Positions 1 to 8,755 of a DNA stretch of 64,000 nt are shown here, piece by piece. Position numbers and translations under genes: made by a program. Below the pieces are notes generated by a model that searched no databases, was not told where the DNA came from, and worked only from the letters and a program-made list of their open reading frames with translations. The DNA lies in IMG/VR virus record IMGVR_UViG_3300036399_001571, positions 32,001 to 96,000 of that record, one strand, 5' to 3'. Every line of letters starts with the position of its first letter. Positions within the stretch are counted from its first letter, which is position 1. The DNA comes from a virus.

Positions 1-71
1 TGAAAGCGGTTAATGAAGCTGGTGTTAGCGCAGTTGAATCAGCCGCCGTTACCTTCACGACTTCGGCATAA
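1..71 (+). CDS. 3' end of an upstream gene, FN3-like C-terminus (partial)
   Basis: Frame starting at nt 3 reads KAVNEAGVSAVESAAVTFTTSA-stop (TAA 69-71), which resembles the last strands of an FN3 domain. Confidence 0.45.
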   Translation, partial: KAVNEAGVSAVESAAVTFTTSA

Positions 72-101
72 ATAAAAATGATAAACTTTTCACTTAATAA
101 T

Positions 102-107
102 AAGGAG
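102..107 (+). promoter_or_regulatory. Ribosome-binding site
   Basis: AAGGAG 8 nt upstream of ATG 116. Confidence 0.65.
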
Positions 108-115
108 ATTTAAAA

Positions 116-1093
116 ATGGCTGGCTCAGGAATCAGGGTATTTGCTTCTGGAGAGATACTCACGGCAGCACAGGTTAATGGCTATCTCATGGACCAGACTG
201 TCACCCGTTTCGCGGACGCCGCAACTCGCGACGCCGCTTTTGGCGGAGTGGGGCAGCCAGCGCTAGATGAGGGCCGTATTTGCTACCTCGATGATGTGAA
301 CTTAATTCAATTTTTTGACGGCGCTACATGGGTTGACTCAGCCCAGTTTACCGTAGGCGACGGAACAATCTCTAACGTAAAGCTTGCTGCAAACTCTGTA
401 ACATCAGACAAAATTGCTCCGGGAACCGTAATCGCGGCGGATATAGCTGCTGGAACAATCACGGCAACAGAGTTGGCAGATGGGGCGGTTACTTCAGGCA
501 AAATTCTTAACGACACCATTGTCAACGCCGATATAAACAGTTCCGCGGCAATTGCTGACACCAAGCTTGCAACAATTTCAACTGCTGGAAAAGTTTCTAA
601 CTCGGCAACAACTGCTACAGATGCCAACACTGCTTCCGCGATAGTGGCCCGAGATGCTTCTGGAAACTTTGTTGCTGGAAAAGCAACGCTTGCAACGGCA
701 GATGTAACCACAGTAATTGAAATGGCAAATATTGTTTCAGCTTCAGCCAATGGGACAATCAATATTGATTTCAACACAAATCCAACTGTGTACTACACCG
801 GAAATGCATCAGCTGACTGGACGCTAAACGTAAGAGGAACATCAAGCGTCTCTCTTAATGACACTATCTCAACTGGACAAATTGCTACAGTGACTTTTCT
901 TGCAACGATAGGTACGACGCAGAGAAGACCGACTGTATTCCAAGTCGACGGTTCAGCTATTACGCCAAAGTGGATGGGTGGAGCAGCTCCAACTATCGGA
1001 AATGCAAGCTCGATAGACGCCTATACGCTGGCAATTATAAAGACTGGTAGCGCTGCGTTCACGATGCTTGCGAGTCAGACAAGATTCGCATAA
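116..1093 (+). CDS. Phage tail fibre / virion protein (module 1)
   Basis: N-terminal F.SGEILTAAQVNGYLMDQ; repeated NSVTSDKI / GAVTSGKI / IVNADI fibre-shaft motifs; beta-rich C-terminal domain ending SIDAYTLAIIKTGSAAFTMLASQTRFA. Confidence 0.75.
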   Translation: MAGSGIRVFASGEILTAAQVNGYLMDQTVTRFADAATRDAAFGGVGQPALDEGRICYLDDVNLIQFFDGATWVDSAQFTVGDGTISNVKLAANSVTSDKIAPGTVIAADIAAGTITATELADGAVTSGKILNDTIVNADINSSAAIADTKLATISTAGKVSNSATTATDANTASAIVARDASGNFVAGKATLATADVTTVIEMANIVSASANGTINIDFNTNPTVYYTGNASADWTLNVRGTSSVSLNDTISTGQIATVTFLATIGTTQRRPTVFQVDGSAITPKWMGGAAPTIGNASSIDAYTLAIIKTGSAAFTMLASQTRFA

Positions 1094-1099
1094 AAATAT

Positions 1100-2035
1100 A
1101 TGCCATTTGTCAATCGCATCGGAAGCGGAGCAACCCGCAAGTTCGGGTTTGGGACAGGGGTTAAACCTGGCGCACCAACGATTGGGACGGCCACACGGGG
1201 AGACCAGCAGGCAAGCGTTGTTTTTACTGAACCCGCAGTACTTGGAACTGGGGCACCTACGTATACGGCTACTTCAAGCCCAGGTGGCTTAACGGCGTCC
1301 GGTGCAAGCTCGCCAGTCGTGGTTACAGGTTTAACAAACGGTACCGAATACACATTTACAGTCACGGCATCCAACTCTTTTGGCTCGTCGACATCTGGGT
1401 CTTCAAATTCAGTGACCCCAGCAGGAGTTCCAGCTACACCTTCAGCTCCAACGCAATCTGCAGGGAACGCTTCAGTCGCCCTCTCATGGACTGCACCATC
1501 GGCCAATGGTTCTGCAATTACCGATTACAAGATTTACTACGCAACTTCAGAAGCCGGCACTTACACGCTATTCAGCGACACCGTAAGCACCACTACGTCA
1601 GTCACGGTTACTGGACTAACGAATGGCACAGCCTATTACTTCAAGATTGCCGCAGTAAACTCAGTTGGAGATAGCGCCCTGTCTGCTGCTTCTGCTTCTT
1701 CCACTCCTGCCGCTCCACCGTTCTTCCCGTTCTTCCCTACCTTCGCTCCACCGTTCTTCCCGTTCTTCCCGTTCTTCCCTGACTTCGTCGACCCATGTGC
1801 TGGCGTGAATTGCGCTGCATACGGAGCCCCACCAGGGGGAGTATGGCAATCACAGGGATTTAACACCCAACCTTGGGACCCACACTGCATTAATGCAGGA
1901 TACCCTGCAGACCCACCATACTGCTGTAACTTTGGCACCAACACATGTGGGAGCGGTAATTCGTATTGGACCTCGTATATCAGCTCAGATGGTTGTTGTC
2001 AATTTAACTTGTATGTATACTGTGCTTGCAGTTAA
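1100..2035 (+). CDS. FN3 x2 protein with Pro/Phe repeat and 10-Cys C-terminal tip
   Basis: Two FN3 domains (PGAPT...VTGLTNGTEYTFTVTASN; W.AP...ITDY...VTGLTNGTAYYFKIAAVN), then APPFFPFFPTFAPPFFPFFPFFPDF, then a Cys-rich tail. Confidence 0.85.
   Translation: MPFVNRIGSGATRKFGFGTGVKPGAPTIGTATRGDQQASVVFTEPAVLGTGAPTYTATSSPGGLTASGASSPVVVTGLTNGTEYTFTVTASNSFGSSTSGSSNSVTPAGVPATPSAPTQSAGNASVALSWTAPSANGSAITDYKIYYATSEAGTYTLFSDTVSTTTSVTVTGLTNGTAYYFKIAAVNSVGDSALSAASASSTPAAPPFFPFFPTFAPPFFPFFPFFPDFVDPCAGVNCAAYGAPPGGVWQSQGFNTQPWDPHCINAGYPADPPYCCNFGTNTCGSGNSYWTSYISSDGCCQFNLYVYCACS
1712..1786 (+). repeat. CCGTTCTTC (Pro-Phe-Phe) tandem repeat within a two-copy higher-order unit
   Basis: gctccaccgttcttcccgttcttccctaccttc followed by gctccaccgttcttcccgttcttcccgttcttccctgacttc. 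Confidence 0.9.
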
Positions 2036-2072
2036 GATGTTCACAACCAACACGCTAAAGGATTGACTATCA

Positions 2073-2306
2073 ATGGAACCAATTAACATTTATCCGCAAG
2101 ATAACCCGGACAACTTTCTATGGGTTGCTTTTGTCGTTGATGGAGAGGTTGGGGTCAAAATGCCGTTTCCACTACAAGCAAACCTATTGACAGCGGTTAT
2201 GTCATCAAACCCACAGGCTATTGTCATCACTGAAGAAGACAGACTCAATGTTACAACCGGATGGACATATAGTGACGGAGTATTCAGTCCGCCGGCAGGT
2301 GAGTGA
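2073..2306 (+). CDS. Small VVDGEV protein, possible tail-fibre assembly / cap partner
   Basis: FVVDGEV...MSSNPQAIVI...GWTYSDGVFSPP; paralog of 31253..31498; GWxYxxGxFxxP resembles tail-fibre assembly proteins. Confidence 0.7.
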   Translation: MEPINIYPQDNPDNFLWVAFVVDGEVGVKMPFPLQANLLTAVMSSNPQAIVITEEDRLNVTTGWTYSDGVFSPPAGE

Positions 2307-2536
2307 GAATGACGCCATGGCAGGAATATAAGAAAAAACTTGGCACGACCAGGCCATGGGACATGGTCAATCCAAAAGCTGAGCATGTTTCGGTAGAGGA
2401 GGCTACGGCGCGTATGGATATATGCGAATTGTGCCCAAGTCTTCTAGGGGCTACTCATCAATGCAAGGAGTGCGGATGTTTCATGAAGTTGAAGACGAAA
2501 CTCAAGAACGCTGAGTGCCCTCTTGGAAAATGGTAA
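2303..2536 (+). CDS. Cys-rich probable metal-binding protein (DUF6171-like)
   Basis: RMDICELC...HQCKECGCFMKLK...ECPLGKW pattern; 4-nt overlap with the previous gene. Confidence 0.75.
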   Translation: MRMTPWQEYKKKLGTTRPWDMVNPKAEHVSVEEATARMDICELCPSLLGATHQCKECGCFMKLKTKLKNAECPLGKW

Positions 2537-2552
2537 TTTCAATCACTAATCT

Positions 2553-3212
2553 TTAATACCTGTTTCTTTCGTAAAAACCTATTTCTTTTACGAAACCAAC
2601 TACAACATACCTCACTGGTCCATCAGAAACAGTCTTTACCCCATGTTCGTACTCGCTGTTGCCAGGGAAAAATAAAAGGTCTTTTGGATTTGGTTTCAAG
2701 GCAATTTCACGATTCTTGAAGAAAATCTCCCCAGAATTGTAATCATCGTTTATATATAGTATTGAGGCATACCTGATTGACGGGTCAGTATGTTGGTCAA
2801 CATGTGATTTCAATTCCGTGCCGGGTGGCAATCTTTGCACGGTTGATAAACCGCTAAGAGTTAGAGATTGGTCGCATTCAAGTATCATTGATGACAAGCG
2901 GCGATGAATAGAGCGACAAACACCAAGATGCTCAATACCTAGTGTCTTGTCTGAAAAACCATGGGTGATTTCAAATTTTCCCTCTGCAATCAAGTTGTCA
3001 ATATCGGTTCTTCCAAACTTGAGCTTGCAAAAATTAACAACACCAGACATGTAGTGGGTTTCCCAATCTTTTTGCGTAGTGTTCTCTATTGCACTAGTTA
3101 TCGCATCTAGCTCTTCCTGTGTTATGAAATTTTTAATCCGAATCAACTCGTCGGTAATTTCTTCAAATTCCAGATTATTCAACTTGAGTTGAAGCAGAAA
3201 GTTCTCAATCAT
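2553..3212 (-). CDS. 2OG-Fe(II) oxygenase (prolyl 4-hydroxylase-like)
   Basis: HVD...YINDDYNSGEIFF...HGV...RY; start moved to ATG 3212 (ATGA overlap with the GT gene). Confidence 0.85.
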   Translation of the reverse strand: MIENFLLQLKLNNLEFEEITDELIRIKNFITQEELDAITSAIENTTQKDWETHYMSGVVNFCKLKFGRTDIDNLIAEGKFEITHGFSDKTLGIEHLGVCRSIHRRLSSMILECDQSLTLSGLSTVQRLPPGTELKSHVDQHTDPSIRYASILYINDDYNSGEIFFKNREIALKPNPKDLLFFPGNSEYEHGVKTVSDGPVRYVVVGFVKEIGFYERNRY

Positions 3213-3901
3213 TGGCGACACCACAAACAGTCACAATATTCCTCAACAAAATAACTATGATTCATTTGTTTTTCATTTCTAAGCCTATAATCTGTATCTG
3301 GCTTGTAGTCTCTGCTATGAGTGACATATCGCTGGTCGAATATCTGCGCCACTTTAGACCTGTTAGAAGCAACTGTTTTTCTAAATAAGTGATGTGTAGG
3401 TGTTTTTTTTGGTTTTGCATTATTTTTGAGTCTTTCTTCATTTTCTTCAAAATGTTTTTTTACGTCAGCTAAAAGACTAAGACCTATTTCACTATGTAAT
3501 TTAAGAATAAAATTACAATTGTTGGACCCAGGAAGCCCATTTACTTGGTCCCCATTTGGCAAGGCAACCATTTCTATTGTGTGGTTTAATTCATGAAGTA
3601 TTGGCTCTATATTTAATATTGGAATTGAATCCAAATCCGCATACATGCCGCCGTAAAAACAGGTCACAGAATATCTCCAGATATCCGATTGAGTCATTCC
3701 TGAATAATTGTCATATATTTCGGCCTCAATTGGAGATAGGCATAAAATATTTATTACTTCTTCGCGTCTTTCTTTGGGGTTTTTAAAACAATATTTCCAA
3801 TCTGGATATGTGTTTTTCCATAAGTTGCAGCATTTTTTGAAAGATTCATGAAGTTCTTCAAAGTCGCACTCATATGTTTGAAATATGTTTTTATTCCACA
3901 T
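3209..3901 (-). CDS. Glycosyltransferase, GT32/OCH1-like DXD sugar-binding family
   Basis: IFQTY...W...PDWKY...SDIWRYSVTCFYGGMYADLD. Confidence 0.8.
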   Translation of the reverse strand: MWNKNIFQTYECDFEELHESFKKCCNLWKNTYPDWKYCFKNPKERREEVINILCLSPIEAEIYDNYSGMTQSDIWRYSVTCFYGGMYADLDSIPILNIEPILHELNHTIEMVALPNGDQVNGLPGSNNCNFILKLHSEIGLSLLADVKKHFEENEERLKNNAKPKKTPTHHLFRKTVASNRSKVAQIFDQRYVTHSRDYKPDTDYRLRNEKQMNHSYFVEEYCDCLWCRQ

Positions 3902-3930
3902 TTCAAATTCTTACACTGTTATATAATTTT

Positions 3931-4635
3931 TTATTTTGTTGTGTCATTCACATATAATCTTAACACTTTTGCTTCGTGCGAACCTATGGATTCGTTCTTC
4001 TCGTTTACTGCATCCCTGTACCAGTCGGTGAACTCTCCAGCTCGATTAAGTTTTTGCGCTGCGTACCCATAGCTCGAATTTGCTTTAAGTCTTGTGTTTT
4101 CTGGGTCCGAATAAGTTGTGATATTTATTGACGAATTATTTAAAGCAGTTAGCGATATAGGGATTATTGTGGCAATTGGTGTTCCAGCTATTATTCGTGT
4201 CTCCGCATTGGCATTTTTTGCTTTTATTGCCAGAGGTATCGGGTGGTCATAAAATGACGTGCTAATAAAGTTGGACATTGTCTCAAAATCATTATTAAAA
4301 TAATTGACTGGATTGATTGTCCAAAGACTTATGTCTTCGGCGGTTCTAAAAATTAGTCCGGTGTTTAAACTTATCGAAGACTGACCCCTGCCAGCATATG
4401 CATCAATAGGGCTTGTTATTTTTATATGGTCTGGGGTCTGGTCGTTGATTCCGTCCCATGTGAAAACTATGTCTTCTTTACAGGAGAGGCTCCACCCGAC
4501 CACATTCGCCTGCGTGACCGGGAAGCACCTATACGCATGGTTCCCTGATGTTTCGTCCATCCAGTCTCTTTTTACGGACATCTGAGAGATTTCAAAAATT
4601 GAACCGTTTGTTTTTTCAACAGAAATTTCAATCAT
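3931..4635 (-). CDS. DUF6065-like protein
   Basis: KRDWMD...HAYRCFPVTQANVVGW...GTPIATIIPI. Confidence 0.75.
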   Translation of the reverse strand: MIEISVEKTNGSIFEISQMSVKRDWMDETSGNHAYRCFPVTQANVVGWSLSCKEDIVFTWDGINDQTPDHIKITSPIDAYAGRGQSSISLNTGLIFRTAEDISLWTINPVNYFNNDFETMSNFISTSFYDHPIPLAIKAKNANAETRIIAGTPIATIIPISLTALNNSSINITTYSDPENTRLKANSSYGYAAQKLNRAGEFTDWYRDAVNEKNESIGSHEAKVLRLYVNDTTK

Positions 4636-5297
4636 TTCTCATCATTCCATTTCCTGTCGTACATATCTGGCGTATGATATTTTTTGCTGTAATCAAGCAT
4701 GGTTACGATTGAGTACTTTGTCCCTGCGGTCACCGGCATGGCTTGATGTGGGTACATGTAGTTTGACGGAAATACATAAAGGTCTCCTGCCTGTGGTTTT
4801 ATTTTTAAATTTTGCAGTCTAAAAAATAGCTCTCCGCCTTCGTAATCGTCGTTGACATATCCAACCAACGAGACCGTGCAGTTATATGAGAATCCGTGGT
4901 CTTGGTGTTCTTTGAAGTGCTGACCTGGGCCATACTTAACAAAATTCATTGCTTCCCAATACTTGAGGGACGCTATGTTGTGTTCGGAGCGATAGTCTCT
5001 GACGGCCGGAAGTGCGGAATCATAAATGTCCTGCCAAAGCGATTGTAAATTCAAGCTAACAGTGCTTTTGTCGTGTTCAATATCTGTTTTTTTAAATTTA
5101 AAATCAACACAGTCTCTGTACTCTGGCACTAATTCTTGGTATCCAACATATGCTGGCTGCCAACTATAACCAGTTGTATCGCCGACTGGTTTTAGGTTCG
5201 ATTCAATTCTATTGATAACATCAAAACTCGATTTGATTATATTTCTGTAACACTTTATGCCATGCCCAAAATCGATTTTTTCTGTCCATGTTTGCAT
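4632..5297 (-). CDS. 2OG-Fe(II) oxygenase (HxDHG subfamily)
   Basis: HQDHGFSYNCTVS...NDDYEGGELFF...HQAMPV...KYSIV; start moved to MQTW (5297), 10 nt after the upstream stop. Confidence 0.85.
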   Translation of the reverse strand: MQTWTEKIDFGHGIKCYRNIIKSSFDVINRIESNLKPVGDTTGYSWQPAYVGYQELVPEYRDCVDFKFKKTDIEHDKSTVSLNLQSLWQDIYDSALPAVRDYRSEHNIASLKYWEAMNFVKYGPGQHFKEHQDHGFSYNCTVSLVGYVNDDYEGGELFFRLQNLKIKPQAGDLYVFPSNYMYPHQAMPVTAGTKYSIVTMLDYSKKYHTPDMYDRKWNDEK

Positions 5298-5307
5298 TTG
5301 AAATGCC

Positions 5308-6084
5308 CTACTTGTATTTTCTTCTTGACCAAATTTTGTTTTTGTAAACCCCACCATCGGGCTGGCGGTAAAATCTTGCATTGTTCATGTATTTGGACTG
5401 CATTTCTTCTTGTCCCAACATTTCCACTTTGTGTTCCCAGTCTTCTCTTTTGAACGGGAAAATCTGGAGATAGGGAGTCCCAGCAGGTATTACGCCCTCC
5501 CAGCCCTCAATGAGGAAAAACGGAAAACTTCCCAGTAAATGAACCTTATCTGAGTCAACGATTCCTGTTGTGTTCAAGAATGGAAGGTCAAACCTATTCA
5601 TCGGCGTCATAAACAAGGCACTATAACCTTCTGGGAGTTCTATGCCCCAGTCAGCAAACCATGCAAAATGGTGGTCGTAATAACCCTGTGGATGTACGAA
5701 ATCCGGCATCGGCGTTCTTGGCGTGCAGAAGTTTTTATACTGACTATTTTCTACCTTGACGTCAATTAAACCTTGAGTGTTTTTGTAAAATGTCAAGTCG
5801 CAAGGAGTTTTAAAAACATATCCGGTTAAAAAGGCGTCCAGAATAGCAGGACAGGCTTTCCATGTCGGAATTTTACCGTAATCGTCTGTTGTTCCTTCTT
5901 TTGGAAATGGACAAATTTCTTTTGTTGCTTTACGGTATTCCCCGTTTAGATTTTTTTCAAAACTGTCAGCATCTTTATACCATTGTGGAGCGGCGCTTTG
6001 TGCTGCTGATGGGGCGTATTTATTTTCTTTGTCCAGCCATGGTCTATGTGGTCTGAATATTGCGATGTTGTATTGCTCGCTCAT
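5308..6084 (-). CDS. Conserved phage protein, distant DUF6065-like
   Basis: PQWYK...TWKACPAILDAFLTGY...LPEGYSALF..P.NR...GIVDSD...GTPYLQIFPFKR. Confidence 0.65.
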   Translation of the reverse strand: MSEQYNIAIFRPHRPWLDKENKYAPSAAQSAAPQWYKDADSFEKNLNGEYRKATKEICPFPKEGTTDDYGKIPTWKACPAILDAFLTGYVFKTPCDLTFYKNTQGLIDVKVENSQYKNFCTPRTPMPDFVHPQGYYDHHFAWFADWGIELPEGYSALFMTPMNRFDLPFLNTTGIVDSDKVHLLGSFPFFLIEGWEGVIPAGTPYLQIFPFKREDWEHKVEMLGQEEMQSKYMNNARFYRQPDGGVYKNKIWSRRKYK

Positions 6085-6794
6085 TGTTTATGCCCTAGCT
6101 TATTTATGTCGGTCATGACTACTACACAGTACTTTATGCCAGATTTTATTGGAAGTGACGCATGCTCGTAAATATAATTTGATGGAAAAATTGCAATATC
6201 CCCAACTTTTGGTTTGTGCACATAACCGTCAAGTCTTGGGAATTCAATTTCTCCACCCTCATAATCGTCGTTGATGTAGATGACGGCAGAAACAGTGCAA
6301 TTGTATGCCGGTCCATGGTCTGCATGTATATTGAAATGCTTACCCTCGCCATCGTATTTTACGAAGTTGAAAGCTTCATAGTAAACAACACTTATACCCC
6401 AGTATCTAGCATAGTCATCAATGCAAAACTTGAGTTTTTCATATATCTCTTGATGAAGGTCCAGAAGCTCGGAGTTGTGCTCGTCTCTTGGTCCTAGATT
6501 TTCTTGCTTGTATTTGAAATCGTAACAGTCTCTTGCTTTTTTTATCGGAATATTAGAATTTGTTACCTGGGCTTCGTTCCAGCTGTATTTTTTGTTCCCG
6601 GACAAATTTGACTCAAGAATCTTGATGTATCTATTTGAATCTTCAAGCGAAAAAGTATTTTGGTATATGTTTAATCCTAGTGCTGGATTTTGGGCTGTAA
6701 TTGTTTCACTGGCAGCTCGATGGATTCTATTTGACGCAGTCTCTGACCTGTCTTTTGTGAACCATGGAATTGCGTTTTCATCATAAATACTCAT
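6081..6794 (-). CDS. 2OG-Fe(II) oxygenase (HxDHG subfamily)
   Basis: HADHGPAYNCTVS...NDDYEGGEIEF...HASLPI...KYCVV. Confidence 0.85.
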   Translation of the reverse strand: MSIYDENAIPWFTKDRSETASNRIHRAASETITAQNPALGLNIYQNTFSLEDSNRYIKILESNLSGNKKYSWNEAQVTNSNIPIKKARDCYDFKYKQENLGPRDEHNSELLDLHQEIYEKLKFCIDDYARYWGISVVYYEAFNFVKYDGEGKHFNIHADHGPAYNCTVSAVIYINDDYEGGEIEFPRLDGYVHKPKVGDIAIFPSNYIYEHASLPIKSGIKYCVVVMTDINKLGHKQ

Positions 6795-6834
6795 ACATGT
6801 ATCTTATAGTCAGGCTCGGTGCTAGCATCGTTAC

Positions 6835-7134
6835 ATGGAATTAATAGGAACATGGTTCATAACCGCAACCTCGCCCCTGGGAAAAGAGACATATAACCTG
6901 CGTTTGAATGACGATGGTTCTGGCTCAATTTCACATGACAGGGGAATCGTGGAATTTTCAGATGCTCTAATCAGCACCTCTGACGAGTCCATGACAGTGA
7001 AGATTTGCGGCCACACAGACATACCAATGAGCGTCGACTTTCTGTGTCAATTTGAGTCAGTAGGCAAATCTCTTGCTGGATTTGTAGAAATCGGCAAATA
7101 CGCAAACATCGAAATAAACGGGGTAAAGATATGA
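6835..7134 (+). CDS. Hypothetical small beta-rich protein
   Basis: ORF beginning LIGTWFITATSPLG; ATGA overlap with the GPx-like gene. Confidence 0.6.
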   Translation: MELIGTWFITATSPLGKETYNLRLNDDGSGSISHDRGIVEFSDALISTSDESMTVKICGHTDIPMSVDFLCQFESVGKSLAGFVEIGKYANIEINGVKI

Positions 7135-7754
7135 GCATCAAGTCAGTTTTTGATATGCCGATAAAATCTGTAGATGGAACGTTTGATGTTATGGACTCGG
7201 TTCGTGGCAAGGTTTGCTTATTCACGAACATCGTCACCAAGACTGGCTACACCCCAAAATGTAGCCCCATCTGGTCTTACGCAAGAGCTGCCAGACAATT
7301 ATGGGAGCTACAGCAGCTTCATGAAATGTTTTCAGACAAAGGTTTTAGCGTTGTGGGATTTCCGTGCAATCAGTTTGGCCAAATGGAACCATCCGACAAT
7401 GAGGATATAAGTCAATTCATATCAGAGGCCTATCCATTTGTGACTTTCCCAATTACAGAAAAAATTGAAGTAAACGGTCCGGGCGAACATAAAATATGGA
7501 GTTTCCTAAAAGGTGACACCGTTCGTGCTTTTGATGACAGCAAGGCAGATGGTTCAGATAAAGCTGCATCCGGGCAGAACCTAGCTGGACAAGCGATAAT
7601 GCGCATACCTCACAACTATGAGAAATTCATGGTTAGCAGAGAAGGTCAGCAAGTTGCGAGATTGAACTGGGCCGACCTCCCACTTGCCGAACAGCCGCTT
7701 GCAGCGGGCTCCTCATGGACCGTTATAGAGGCAGTGAAGTCTCTTGTAGGTTGA
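7131..7754 (+). CDS. Glutathione peroxidase-like protein (atypical active site)
   Basis: RGKVCLFTN...GFSVVGFPCNQFGQMEP...FPITEKIEVNG...NYEKFMV; Thr replaces the canonical peroxidatic Cys (VTKTG). Confidence 0.8.
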   Translation: MSIKSVFDMPIKSVDGTFDVMDSVRGKVCLFTNIVTKTGYTPKCSPIWSYARAARQLWELQQLHEMFSDKGFSVVGFPCNQFGQMEPSDNEDISQFISEAYPFVTFPITEKIEVNGPGEHKIWSFLKGDTVRAFDDSKADGSDKAASGQNLAGQAIMRIPHNYEKFMVSREGQQVARLNWADLPLAEQPLAAGSSWTVIEAVKSLVG

Positions 7755-7756
7755 TT

Positions 7757-8755
7757 ATGAAAATGCCTTCGACCCCGACCATTGGGGCCAATGAACTTAA
7801 AGAGATAAGTGAATTAGTTGTCGAGGACCTTGGCAGTGGAATAGTCGTTTTTAGAAACGCTTTTTCCGTTGAGGACTTTATTCTCAGACATATAGACGAT
7901 TGTGCTGCAGAGGCACATAAGAGCAGATGGTCGTATGTAACCGATGAGGATGGGGTTGAATACGGGATAAACGAGGACGGCTTTAGATACCGCCTAGAAG
8001 ACGTCCCAAATGCCCCTGTAAGGCTCCTGGAGCCCGTTACAGAGGCGACAAGCCCCAATGTGGTCGAATACTTCACCTATCTTGAGGACGCAATCTACAA
8101 GTGTCTAATACGCTATACGGACATGTTTCCGCTGATAGTCGGAAGCCTCTGGTGGAGGACCAGGGGTCACATACTCAGATATGACGGTGGGGGCATTCTT
8201 GGGTGGCATCAAGACAATGACACGAACTACAAAGTGACCCAGGGTGTCAGGTATATGCCAAGGGGGCAGGTGGCGCTCCGACAGACCGCTGGAGCCCTTG
8301 CGTATTTCAACGACTGCGTTGACACTAAGGAAGAACTTGATGGCACCAACTTTTCTGGCGGCCATCTTAAGTTTGCATACCTCGGGATTGACTACAAGCC
8401 CAAAAAGGGGGACATCATTATGTTCCCTACAAACTACATATGCGCTCACGGTGTAACAAAGATGGATGGTGGCACAAGATATGCATATCTCTCGTTCTTC
8501 GGACAAGGCGGAACAGATAATGCTGCAAACATAAGAATAAAGGAAAAAGACGCGAGTATTCAATGGTGTGAGCCAGTTTGGTTCGACAACATCTATGACG
8601 ACTACGAGTTTTATTGCAAGTCTGAATACTCAATCTGGTCAAAACCAACCCCAGGTTTAGAGCTTGGCTCAAACCCTGTATTCCAAAATAGATGCGTCAC
8701 TCAATACGGCGATACGCACACTGCGCTGGAGGTGAACCAAGTTGAAACGATATGA
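7757..8755 (+). CDS. 2OG-Fe(II) oxygenase (WW-GH subfamily)
   Basis: LGSGIVVFRNA...MFP...LWWRTRGHILRY...HQDND...HGV...RYAYL; start moved to 7757. Confidence 0.85.
   Translation: MKMPSTPTIGANELKEISELVVEDLGSGIVVFRNAFSVEDFILRHIDDCAAEAHKSRWSYVTDEDGVEYGINEDGFRYRLEDVPNAPVRLLEPVTEATSPNVVEYFTYLEDAIYKCLIRYTDMFPLIVGSLWWRTRGHILRYDGGGILGWHQDNDTNYKVTQGVRYMPRGQVALRQTAGALAYFNDCVDTKEELDGTNFSGGHLKFAYLGIDYKPKKGDIIMFPTNYICAHGVTKMDGGTRYAYLSFFGQGGTDNAANIRIKEKDASIQWCEPVWFDNIYDDYEFYCKSEYSIWSKPTPGLELGSNPVFQNRCVTQYGDTHTALEVNQVETI

Noticed and set aside
1636-1944. Antisense ORFs with GKNGKNGG or REEREE repeats (also 22074..22331, 22165..22392, 31524..31712)
   Set aside because: They are shadows of the Pro/Phe codon repeats of the FN3 genes and have no independent coding signal
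7131-7754. Selenocysteine GPx
   Set aside because: The active-site codon is ACT (Thr), not TGA, and the second GPx uses TGT
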